Source of the DNA: Wolbachia endosymbiont of Drosophila innubila
Lineage (GTDB): Bacteria > Pseudomonadota > Alphaproteobacteria > Rickettsiales > Anaplasmataceae
Direction: 5' to 3'
Assembly (NCBI RefSeq): GCF_021378375.1
Contig: NZ_CP076228.1
Span: 960,001-992,000, forward strand
DNA length: 32,000 nt
In this document: piece by piece, positions 1 through 8,773 of the stretch
Layout: each line of letters starts with the position of its first letter
How positions within the stretch are numbered: position 1 is the first letter of the stretch
Position numbers and translations under genes: made by a program
The notes under the pieces: generated by a model
Databases searched by the model: none
Seen by the model: the letters and a program-made list of their open reading frames with translations, nothing else
What the model was told of the DNA's origin: nothing

Positions 1-464
1 TTACTGGTTCGCTTTGAGGAAAGTAATCGCCAATGTGGTCCTGGAATGCTCAACCGTATCATTTATGCATTAAGTGGTCTTAAAGCGGAAAATAATTTTG
101 CAGCTCAACTAGAGCCTCAGCCAATAGGAAAGTTGGCTAGTGATGCTACTAAAAGATTTCTTGAGAAATATGTGGATAAGCACTACCATAAAATAAAAGT
201 TTTGAAAGAAAATTTTGATAATTTGTATTCACCAAGTTCTGGGGTGGATTTGAGCAGCGTGAGTGATGAAGTAAAGGATGGCATTTCTTATACAAGAGAT
301 GCTATAAAAGAATTTGTGTTTAAGGAATTATATGTAAAGTTTTATAACGACTATGGAGAACATATTCGGAGAGGGCAAATAAAACAAAGGCTAAGAGAAT
401 TAATAACAGATGAAGTCATAGATGCAGCAATATCTTATAAGAGGTTGTTCGGAAACTAGTAAAT

Positions 465-806
465 TCAAGCATATTCCCTCTTTAACATAACCCTACTCAT
501 AGCTAGGTATATGAAATTCTCAGTGGATGTTGTGAGTAAATCATACTCCTTCGATAGCCTTCTATTCCTATTAACCCAAGCAAAAGTCCTTTCTACAACC
601 CATCTTCTTGGCTGTACTTTAAACCCTTGTTCTCTTGTTGGTAGTAGCTCAGGTGGCGTATCTTTGTGCACCCAAAATCTACATGGAGGCCTTTTAACAA
701 TTTCAATATCTATGTCATATTCTTCCTTTATGTGATTCTTTAAATTTCTTCCTTGGTATCCCATGTCAGCCCACATTTTTTTAACTTTAGTATATTTTGT
801 TCTCAT
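465..806 (-). CDS. IS5-family transposase, C-terminal ORF B (probably expressed by -1 frameshift with ORF A)
   Basis: ...MWADMGYQGRNLKNHIKEEYDIDIEIVKRP...GFKVQPRRWVVERTFAWVNRNRRLSKEYD, an IS5/DDE C-terminal region. Confidence 0.8.
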   Translation of the reverse strand: MRTKYTKVKKMWADMGYQGRNLKNHIKEEYDIDIEIVKRPPCRFWVHKDTPPELLPTREQGFKVQPRRWVVERTFAWVNRNRRLSKEYDLLTTSTENFIYLAMSRVMLKREYA

Positions 807-916
807 ATTGTTTAATGCTATTTTAATACCATCTCTATCATTTTCGTTAGCAGCGCCTACGTAACAACCTAGTATAAAACCCTGAGTGTCTGTAATTATA
901 TGCCTTTTTCTACCCT

Positions 917-1294
917 TTACTTTTTACTTCCATCATAGCTTTGATCCCCCTTTTCTGTAGTCTTTACAGATTGACTATCTACTATACAGGCACTCGGCTG
1001 CTCATTCTTTCCTATTTTTCTTCTACTATATTTTGTAATTTCATAATTCATTTTCTCAAAAATTCCCTGCTTCTTCCATTGCCTGAACTGCTCATACACA
1101 GTCTTCCATAGCGGAAAATCATTTGGTAAATACCGCCATTGACACCCTGTACGCAATACATAGAAAATTGCTTCTAATATTTCTTTTTTGCTATACTTTG
1201 GCAGCCTTCCTCCTTTCTTGTATGATACTCTGAAGTGTTTTTCTATTCTTGCCCATTCCCTTTCGCTTAGATCTGTTGGATACTTTTTTCTCAT
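917..1294 (-). CDS. IS5-family transposase, N-terminal ORF A
   Basis: MRKKYPTDLSEREWARIEKHF...GCQWRYLPNDFPLWKTVYEQFRQW is typical of IS5-type transposases. It ends in ...GSKK* at a t-aaa-aag run where a -1 shift gives GSKKVKGRKRHIITDTQGF. Confidence 0.8.
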   Translation of the reverse strand: MRKKYPTDLSEREWARIEKHFRVSYKKGGRLPKYSKKEILEAIFYVLRTGCQWRYLPNDFPLWKTVYEQFRQWKKQGIFEKMNYEITKYSRRKIGKNEQPSACIVDSQSVKTTEKGDQSYDGSKK

Positions 1295-1324
1295 CTTTAC
1301 CCCGTACTAAAATTTCAGATATTA

Positions 1325-2236
1325 GAGGTTGTTCGGAAACTAGTAAATTCAAGCATATTCCCTCTTTAACATAACCCTACTCATAGCTAGGTATATGAAA
1401 TTCTCAGTGGATGTTGTGAGTAAATCATACTCCTTCGATAGCCTTCTATTCCTATTAACCCAAGCAAAAGTCCTTTCTACAACCCATCTTCTTGGCTGTA
1501 CTTTAAACCCTTGTTCTCTTGTTGGTAGTAGCTCAGGTGGCGTATCTTTGTGCACCCAAAATCTACATGGAGGCCTTTTAACAATTTCAATATCTATGTC
1601 ATATTCTTCCTTTATGTGATTCTTTAAATTTCTTCCTTGGTATCCCATGTCAGCCCACATTTTTTAACTTTAGTATATTTTGTTCTCATATTGTTTAATG
1701 CTATTTTAATACCATCTCTATCATTTTCGTTAGCAGCGCCTACGTAACAACCTAGTATAAAACCCTGAGTGTCTGTAATTATATGCCTTTTTCTACCCTT
1801 TACTTTTTACTTCCATCATAGCTTTGATCCCCCCTTTTCTGTAGTCTTTACAGATTGACTATCTACTATACAGGCACTCGGCTGCTCATTCTTTCCTATT
1901 TTCTTCTACTATATTTTGTAATTTCATAATTCATTTTCTCAAAAATTCCCTGCTTCTTCCATTGCCTGAACTGCTCATACACAGTCTTCCATAGCGGAAA
2001 ATCATTTGGTAAATACCGCCATTGACACCCTGTACGCAATACATAGAAAATTGCTTCTAATATTTCTTTTTTGCTATACTTTGGCAGCCTTCCTCCTTTC
2101 TTGTATGATACTCTGAAGTGTTTTTCTATTCTTGCCCATTCCCTTTCGCTTAGATCTGTTGGATACTTTTTTCTCATCTTTACCCCGTACTAAAATTTCA
2201 GATATTATAGCCTTTTACTTGTTTCCGGACAACCTC
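1325..2236 (-). mobile_element. IS5-family insertion sequence, inner copy nested in the outer copy
   Basis: Near-identical to the outer copy; ends gaggttgttcgg...ccggacaacctc; flanked by TTA at 1322-1324 and 2237-2239 within outer-copy sequence. Confidence 0.85.
1349..2177 (-). pseudogene. Degenerate transposase of the inner IS copy
   Basis: Relative to the outer copy it has one fewer A in two homopolymer tracts (truncating ORF A at ...YSRRK and shifting ORF B before MWADMG). Confidence 0.75.
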
Positions 2237-2466
2237 TTATAGCCTTTTACTTGTTTCCGAACAACCTCTAAGATAGACGAGATAGAAATTCCTGCAGAAC
2301 CACTTACTTATCTTGAAAGAGTAAAAACATTTTTTGGAGGTCATGCAAGGTCTTCTGCTGCTTAGTGGTTTAGTTCGTGCTATATAGCTAAACTGACTTA
2401 GATTTACTGACAATTTTAAAACAACAAATTCGTCATTCCGCTACTAGTTAGCGGAATCTATACCGC

Positions 2467-2682
2467 GAATGAATCCATAGCTGTACGAACATTGTGATTT
2501 GAGAGCAATTTCCACAAGGGAGGGTGTCATTCCAGTGCTTGGCACTGGAATCCAGCCTTTATTATGCAGCCACTTGGTTGAAATTAAGTCTTCTGGATCC
2601 CAGTGTCTAGGCACTGGGATGACACCATTTGCTGTGCAATTTACCTTCAAAAATGAATGTTCGTACAGCTATGGAATGAATC
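2467..2682. repeat. Composite palindromic repeat element (198 bp, 2476-2673) with 9 bp flanking duplication gaatgaatc
   Basis: Ends catagctgtacgaac...gttcgtacagctatg; inner palindromes gtgtcattccagtgcttggcactggaatccag and ctggatcccagtgtctaggcactgggatgacac; gaatgaatc at 2467-2475 and 2674-2682. It aligns with the reverse complement of the birA insert at 13732-13920. Confidence 0.8.
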
Positions 2683-2725
2683 GTGGTATGACGCGTTAGC
2701 TATAGCTTTGTCTTCCCTTTTCTGA

Positions 2726-3958
2726 ATGGCTTGCAAGCTGCTATCTCTACAAAAACTATATTTTTCTTCAGAAGAGAGTTATATTGTAACTATGGACAAA
2801 ATAATCATAAAAAAATTTGGTGGGACTTCGCTAACTGATTTAAACCGAGTTGCAAATTTGATAAAAAACGATATTGAGAAAGGTTGTAATGTAATCGTTG
2901 TTGTATCTGCTGTTGCAGGATTTACTGACCAAATGGTTTTTCAGGCTAGGCAAATCTCAAATTTAAGTTATAGACAAGAGTTATCAGAGTATGACGTTAT
3001 GCTTTCAGCAGGAGAACAAATCTCTTGCGGTCTATTAGCTATCACTCTCCAATCGATCGGAGTTAATGCTAAATCGTGGCTTGCCTGGCAGTTACCAATT
3101 GTAACTGATGATTTTTATTCTGAGTCTAAAATAAAAACAATAAAGATTGAACGTGTGAAAAGATCTTTTGCTGAGGGTTATACTGCTGCGATCATTGCTG
3201 GTTTTCAGGGTATAAATGATGATAGAATCACTACTTTTGGAAGAGGAGGCTCTGATATATCAGCAGTTGCCTTCGCGGTAGCCTTTGGTGTTAGAACTTG
3301 CGAAATTTTTACTGATATTGATGGAATATATACAGCAGACCCGAGAATTGTTCCAAAGGCACGCAAGCTCAAATTTATCTCTTACGATGAAATGTTGGAA
3401 ATGTCGTCATCTGGTGCTAAAATACTGCATAATCGTTCAGTACAACTTGCAATGAAACATAACATTAAAGTGCAAGTGCTATCCACTTTTAAGGAAGTAG
3501 AAGGCACCACAGTGCTACACAAAAGGGATGTACTAGAGAGATACTTAATTACTGGAATAACTTATAGCACTAATGAAGCTCTTGTAACTTTCACTAACCT
3601 TGCAAATAACTTGCGTACTTTAAGAGATATAGCAGGAGCAAACGTTAAAATTGATATGATACATGGGTCAAGTTTTGTTATCTCCAAATTTGATATTGAT
3701 TTAATGGAAAAGTTACTGAATAAGAATGAAAATTATGCTATAAACGATAATGTAGCTAAAATTTCAATAATTGGTATTGGTGTTATGTCTAACACTGAAG
3801 TGATGCACCGCACACTCAAGGTTTTAAGCGAAAAAAAGATAGAAATACTTGCTATCACAACATCTGAAATCAAAATCAGTATAATTGTTCAAAAAGAATG
3901 CGCTGTAGCTTTAGTCAAAGATTTACATACTGAGTATGAGCTTGATATGCAGCACTAG
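2726..3958 (+). CDS. lysC: Aspartate kinase
   Basis: KKFGGTSLTDLNRVANLI, FGRGGSDISAVAFAVAFGV, CEIFTDIDGIYTADPRIV and C-terminal ACT-like domains. Confidence 0.93.
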   Translation: MACKLLSLQKLYFSSEESYIVTMDKIIIKKFGGTSLTDLNRVANLIKNDIEKGCNVIVVVSAVAGFTDQMVFQARQISNLSYRQELSEYDVMLSAGEQISCGLLAITLQSIGVNAKSWLAWQLPIVTDDFYSESKIKTIKIERVKRSFAEGYTAAIIAGFQGINDDRITTFGRGGSDISAVAFAVAFGVRTCEIFTDIDGIYTADPRIVPKARKLKFISYDEMLEMSSSGAKILHNRSVQLAMKHNIKVQVLSTFKEVEGTTVLHKRDVLERYLITGITYSTNEALVTFTNLANNLRTLRDIAGANVKIDMIHGSSFVISKFDIDLMEKLLNKNENYAINDNVAKISIIGIGVMSNTEVMHRTLKVLSEKKIEILAITTSEIKISIIVQKECAVALVKDLHTEYELDMQH

Positions 3959-3967
3959 GATAGGCTT

Positions 3968-4624
3968 GACGTCCAGTTGTCTAAGAGTATGTCTTAAAAA
4001 GGAATGAGGAAAAAAATATGATAGTGTAAGTAAAAAATAGGAGGGAAAATTGTATCCAAGTGATATAAGTGATAAGGAATGGGAAATTTTGGAGCCACAT
4101 GTTGCACAAGGAAAGATAGGGAGGCCAAGAAAGCACAATATCAGAACAATTATTAATGCAATAAGGTATATAATGAGAGGTGGTTGTCAATGGAGAATGC
4201 TGCCGAAAGATTTTCCTCCATGGAAGACGGTGTATGACTATTTTCTCAGGTGACGTAGTAATGGCAAATTGGAAAAAATACATAATATGCTAGTAAAAGA
4301 GGTAAGAAAAATGTTTGGTAAAAATGAAACACCTTCAGTAGGAATAATTGACAGTCAATCAGTAAAAACCACTCAAAAAGGGGATCCAGAGGATATGATG
4401 CTGAAAAAAAATAAAGGGTAGAAAACGTCATATTGTTGTAGATACAGTGGGCTTAATTATTGCGGCTGATGTTCATAGTGCAAGTGTTCAAGATCGTGAT
4501 GGTGCTCTAAATCTTTTCACTCAAGCTAAATACAAGGCTCCAACTTTACGTAAGTTTTTTGCTGATCAAGGATACATAGCAAAACCGCTGTTTATTGGAG
4601 ACAGGATACGATTACCAAGAAAGC
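3968..4624 (+). pseudogene. Degenerate IS5-family element/transposase remnant
   Basis: YPSDISDKEWEILEPHVAQGKIGRPRKHNIRTIINAIRYIMRGGCQWRMLPKDFPPWKTVYDYF, then frameshifted/stopped pieces (ETPSVGIIDSQSVKTTQKG; GLIIAADVHSASVQDRDGALNLF). Confidence 0.8.
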
Positions 4625-5040
4625 TGTTGATGTTACAGGATTTTTCGACAATCTGGACCACAATTTAGCACTGCAGGCTATCAAGAAGCACACAGACTGC
4701 AAATGGGTCATACTGTATGTTGAAAGGTGGATGAAATCCCCTATTCAGCAAGCAGATGGCAGTAAGGTAGTTAGGGAAAAAAGGAGTTCCGCAAGGAGGT
4801 TCAATAAGCCCAATCATTTCAAACATATTTATGCACCATGCATTTGATATATGGATGAAACAAAATCACCCAACAGTACCATTTGAAAGATATGTGGATG
4901 ATGCGATAGTGCACTGCAGAACTAAAAGACAGGCAGAATTTATGCGAGCAGCAATTGAAGAAAGATTGGCATAATGTAAGCTAAAATTGCAACCTGATAC
5001 CAATGCCATTCCAAAACTCCATCATTATACTGCCTTAGTA
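4625..5040 (+). pseudogene. Fragment of a group II intron-type reverse transcriptase
   Basis: Translation VDVTGFFDNLDHNLALQAIKKHTDCKWVILYVERWMKSPIQQADGSKVVREK / GVPQGGSISPIISNIFMHHAFDIWMKQNHPTVPFERYVDDAIVHCRTKRQAEFMRAAIEERLA*CKLKLQPDT, with a frameshift at the aaaaaa run near 4765 and a stop. Typical RT block motifs (FDN-DH, GxPQGG, YVDD). Confidence 0.85.
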
Positions 5041-5197
5041 TAACCTTCTCACTTCTATTGTCTATTTGTTTGTTATGTAATAGAAATTGGTATGAGATTG
5101 AAGAATTAAGTGTGAACGGTTACAGAATTTTTGCCAGGAGAAACATATAGTTAAAGTAATTCAGATTTGTAAGATATGTTTATCTGCAATTATAGCT

Positions 5198-7114
5198 TCA
5201 ACAGTAGGCAATGTTGCTTTTAATTACCTCAACATTTTCTCTTGGCAATTCTTTAATGAACCGAGAAGTGCGCATCGGTTGCCACTGGTTGTTAATTTCC
5301 CTCCTATCTGCACATGAAATGATTAACCTTTCTTTGGCTCTGGTTATGCCAACATATGCGAGTCTCCTTTCTTCTTCTAAAGCTTTACCACTTTTGTCAT
5401 CAAAAGATCTTTGATGAGGAAATAATCCCTCTTCCCAACCAGGTAGAAACACGCACGGGAATTCAAGTCCTTTGGCTGCATGAAGAGTCATAACATATAC
5501 GGTGTCATCGTTATTCATATTATCCACTTCCATCACCAGACTTATATGCTCCAAGAAAGTTGTGGCATTATCGAAATTTTTTAAAGATGAGATGAGCTCT
5601 TTAACATTTTCTATTCGTGCTAAGCCTGTTACCTCATCATTTTCAAGCATTTCAATATATCCTGATTGGTTTGCTACGATTTTAACGAATTCATGCAGTG
5701 GTTTTACGCTTACTATTTCTTCCCAAGCTTTAATTTTATTTAAAAAATCGTTGAGTGAGAGTTTAATTCTTTCGGTTACCTGATTACTATTAACTAATAT
5801 TTTTGCTGCCTCAAAAAAAGAAATTTTGTTATCCTGAGCAGTCGTGTATATTTTCTTTAGAGTTGTAGCTCCTATGCTTCTTTTTGGCCGATTTACTATC
5901 CTTTCGAAAGCTAAGTCATCGTTATTGTTTGTAACAAGTCTTAAATATGCAATTATATCCCTGACTTCCTGACGTTCGTAGAATTTTACGCCACTTATAA
6001 TCTTGTAGGGAATTGAATATTTTATAAAATACTCTTCGAGAACTCTAGTTTGAAAAGTGGCCCTTACCAGCACTGCAATGTCACTAAATCTGTATTTATT
6101 GAGTTTCAATATCTGTTCGCTTATGAACCTTGCTTCAGCTTTCCCATCCCATAATTTTATTAGATTTACCTTTTCCCCTTCAATGTTTGTTGTCCACAAT
6201 TTTTTTTCTAAGCGAGTCTTATTGTGATTGATAACATATGACGCAGTTGCAAGTATGTGAGGTGTTGACCTGTAGTTACACTCTAGTTTAACGGTTTTTG
6301 CATTTTTAAAATCATCAGAAAACTTCAAAATATTTTCAACTTCTGCACCACGCCAACTATATATCGACTGGTCATCATCTCCTACACAGCAAATATTTGA
6401 GTGCTCTTTTGCAAGGTATTTTAGCCAAAGATATTGTATCGCATTTGTATCTTGATATTCATCTACCATAACATATTTAAACTTGTTTTGGTAGTAGGGC
6501 AGAACTTCGGTCTTTTGATTAAAGAGCTGTATGTTATATAGCAATAAGTCACCAAAATCGACAGAATTAAGGAATTTCAACCTTTCCTGATACTGGTGAT
6601 AGACTTTGAGTGCAGTTACATATACTGGCCTAAATGATTGAATATCTTCCACTTCAGATGGCAATAAGCACTTCTCTTTCCATTGCTGAATAATATTCAT
6701 AATGGTCTTACATTTTTCTGATAGGTAATCAGGATTTATTTCATTGATAATATTTTTTATTACCTGTAATTGGTCATCCACACCAATGATTGTAAAATTG
6801 GGGTTTAAGCCCACAATTTCTGCGTGCAGGCGCAAGATTTTTGCTGCAATTGCATGGAAAGTGCCAAGCCATGGTATGTTTGTGCCCGTTAGCTCAAGTA
6901 CCCTTGATACCATCTCATTTGCTGCTTTATTTGTAAATGTAACTGCTAATATCTCATCAGAATAAGCGTGACCGTTTCTAATTATGTGTGCTATTCTTGA
7001 AGTAATCGTTCTTGTTTTTCCCGTCCCGGCTCCTGCCAGTATCAAAACTGGTCTATCTATGTTAGTTACAGCTGATTGTTGTTCTGGATTTAGCAGTGAG
7101 AGATAATCGTTCAT
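5198..7114 (-). CDS. uvrD: UvrD/PcrA-family ATP-dependent DNA helicase (superfamily 1)
   Basis: LNPEQQSAVTNIDRPVLILAGAGTGKTRTITSRIAHII (Walker A), VDEYQDTN, CCVGDDDQSIYSWRGA, VMTLHAAKGLEFPCVFLPGWEEGLFPH. Confidence 0.93.
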   Translation of the reverse strand: MNDYLSLLNPEQQSAVTNIDRPVLILAGAGTGKTRTITSRIAHIIRNGHAYSDEILAVTFTNKAANEMVSRVLELTGTNIPWLGTFHAIAAKILRLHAEIVGLNPNFTIIGVDDQLQVIKNIINEINPDYLSEKCKTIMNIIQQWKEKCLLPSEVEDIQSFRPVYVTALKVYHQYQERLKFLNSVDFGDLLLYNIQLFNQKTEVLPYYQNKFKYVMVDEYQDTNAIQYLWLKYLAKEHSNICCVGDDDQSIYSWRGAEVENILKFSDDFKNAKTVKLECNYRSTPHILATASYVINHNKTRLEKKLWTTNIEGEKVNLIKLWDGKAEARFISEQILKLNKYRFSDIAVLVRATFQTRVLEEYFIKYSIPYKIISGVKFYERQEVRDIIAYLRLVTNNNDDLAFERIVNRPKRSIGATTLKKIYTTAQDNKISFFEAAKILVNSNQVTERIKLSLNDFLNKIKAWEEIVSVKPLHEFVKIVANQSGYIEMLENDEVTGLARIENVKELISSLKNFDNATTFLEHISLVMEVDNMNNDDTVYVMTLHAAKGLEFPCVFLPGWEEGLFPHQRSFDDKSGKALEEERRLAYVGITRAKERLIISCADRREINNQWQPMRTSRFIKELPRENVEVIKSNIAYC

Positions 7115-7241
7115 CGTAGCCCTATAGATTATAACTTCGTAAAGTTAAACCTATGATTGAAATATTGTAAAGGTTTTATTGAATAGAACAGTTAAAGAAT
7201 GCTTCACTCAAGTACTACATATTTAAACGTAGGTTTTACAT

Positions 7242-7670
7242 CTATTTTGTTTTAGTAGTTTCAGGTGTATGTCGAGTAACAACAACTTGATTTGAGGTAT
7301 TGGCACCAGAACTTCTGCTTGTTGGGTGGATAAGTGGAGTTTGGAATGGCTTATATGTACGGTTTAGTTCCTTCATTTCTATTTCTTCAACTTCAACAAG
7401 GGGTTTTTCTTTTGGGGTATAGCGATTATGCGTTGCAGGTCGTTCAGTGAGATTTTCATATGTTTCTTTCAACCAAGTTCCGATATCATACATAAATCCA
7501 TACGCTTTTTCTTTAAATTCTCTCAATGATCTACTGAAACTTGCTAGTGTGTTATTAAAGTAAATTGTCATATAGTCTCTTGTGGTGTATTGATAACTTT
7601 CTCCATCTAGTCTGCTACTTTGTGCGTTAGAACTATTGTTGCTTTTAAAATAACCAAATATGTTGTACAT
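7242..7670 (-). CDS. Hypothetical protein with a Pro/Thr-rich C-terminus
   Basis: 142-aa ORF in a region with no competing feature. Confidence 0.5.
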   Translation of the reverse strand: MYNIFGYFKSNNSSNAQSSRLDGESYQYTTRDYMTIYFNNTLASFSRSLREFKEKAYGFMYDIGTWLKETYENLTERPATHNRYTPKEKPLVEVEEIEMKELNRTYKPFQTPLIHPTSRSSGANTSNQVVVTRHTPETTKTK

Positions 7671-7882
7671 TTTGAGTCGCCATTAATTACTAACATACAC
7701 ATATTATATATTGATAAATTAAGGACTTAGTGTATTGATTAAGCACTTAGAAAGCGCTCTGTATAATAATTTAAAATGGAGCTGGAGCTTTGTAGTACAA
7801 TGTTTTCAAACGTTTAATATAATATTGACTTTACAACGATAGTCACTTTAAATTAGTAACTATTGTTGCAGTTCAAGTATCA

Positions 7883-8470
7883 ATGCCTTTTTTCTTTTAT
7901 TTTTTTGCAATTCTTAGCATTTTATCTGCTGTATGCGTAATTAGTGTAAGAAATCCTGTGCATGCAGTATTATTTTTAATTTTCACCTTCGTTAACTCTG
8001 CAGTGCTTTTCATTCTCCTTGGAGCTGAATTCATCGCTATGATGGTACTGATAGTATACATCGGTGCAGTTGCAGTGTTGTTCCTCTTTGTAGTTATGAT
8101 GCTCGATATTGACTACATAAGATTGCGCCAGGGTTTTGCGAAGCATTTCACTCTTGGTGCTATATTGTGTGGTGTGTTTTTTTTGATTATCAGTTTTGTA
8201 ATCCGCAGCTCAACGCTGAATATAAGTAATGTTATAAACTATAATGCCAATAACGTGAAAGCTATCGGTAATTTGCTCTACACTGACTACATGTACGCTT
8301 TTCATCTTTCTGGAATTTTGCTACTTGTTGCAATTGTCGGTGCAATTGCTCTTACTTTGCAGGACAAGAAAAAAGGAGTTAAAAAACAGAATGTATTAAA
8401 GCAATTGACGCAATCTTCATCTGTAAAATTGGTTAAGGCTAAATTTGGAAAAGGAGTGGAATGGAAATAG
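7883..8470 (+). CDS. nuoJ: NADH-quinone oxidoreductase subunit J
   Basis: [52 protein letters not shown]. Confidence 0.95.
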   Translation: MPFFFYFFAILSILSAVCVISVRNPVHAVLFLIFTFVNSAVLFILLGAEFIAMMVLIVYIGAVAVLFLFVVMMLDIDYIRLRQGFAKHFTLGAILCGVFFLIISFVIRSSTLNISNVINYNANNVKAIGNLLYTDYMYAFHLSGILLLVAIVGAIALTLQDKKKGVKKQNVLKQLTQSSSVKLVKAKFGKGVEWK

Positions 8471-8769
8471 GATTAAATCATTTTTTGATAGTTGCTGCTA
8501 TTTTGTTCACTGTTGGGGTGTGCGGTATTTTCATCAACCGTAAGAGCATAATCAATATATTGTTATCAATAGAAATATTATTGTTGGCGATTAACATCAA
8601 TCTAGTTGCTTTTTCTGCCTTTATGAATGATATAGTTGGGCAAATTTTTGTGATGTTTGTGTTGACTGTTGCGGCAGCAGAGTCAGGAGTTGGGCTTGCA
8701 ATATTGGTTGTATATTATAGAAGCCGTGGCAATATAGATGTTGAACAAGCAAATTTAATGAAAGAATGA
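8461..8769 (+). CDS. nuoK: NADH-quinone oxidoreductase subunit K
   Basis: [25 protein letters not shown]...[23 protein letters not shown]; overlaps the nuoJ end. Confidence 0.95.
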   Translation: MEIGLNHFLIVAAILFTVGVCGIFINRKSIINILLSIEILLLAININLVAFSAFMNDIVGQIFVMFVLTVAAAESGVGLAILVVYYRSRGNIDVEQANLMKE

Positions 8770-8773
8770 AAGT

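Larger units (their letters stand above)
441..2268 (-). mobile_element. IS5-family insertion sequence, outer copy, interrupted near its right end by a second copy (1325-2236)
   Basis: Terminal inverted repeats gaggttgttcgg...ccgaacaacctc; flanking TAA at 438-440 and 2269-2271; transposase ORFs at 917-1294 and 465-806. Confidence 0.85.
1..2365 (+). pseudogene. 3' part of a hypothetical protein gene, interrupted by nested IS elements between 440 and 2272 (gene starts before the window)
   Basis: The frame is open from base 1 (LLVRFEESNRQCGPGMLNRIIYALSG...) to the IS at 441. After removing the IS and one TAA TSD, tct tat aa|g ata gac continues as ISYKIDEIEIPAEPLTYLERVKTFFGGHARSSAA* with its stop at 2363-2365. 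Confidence 0.75.

Noticed and set aside
511-735. Plus-strand 74-aa ORF (and its duplicate at 1395-1619)
   Set aside because: Fully antisense to the IS5-family transposase ORF B; duplicated only because the IS is duplicated.
2444-2699. Two short overlapping ORFs (2444-2650 minus, 2499-2699 plus) as genes
   Set aside because: Both lie inside the palindromic repeat, which makes similar peptides on both strands. No evidence of a free-standing gene; the shared minus-frame peptide is discussed as a repeat property.
3923-4431. Minus-strand ORFs at 3923-4138, 3981-4283 and 4246-4431
   Set aside because: Antisense to a recognisable IS5-family transposase remnant; compositionally biased by AT-rich sequence.
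5211-6965. Plus-strand ORFs at 5211, 5502 and 6744
   Set aside because: Antisense to the well-supported UvrD/PcrA helicase.
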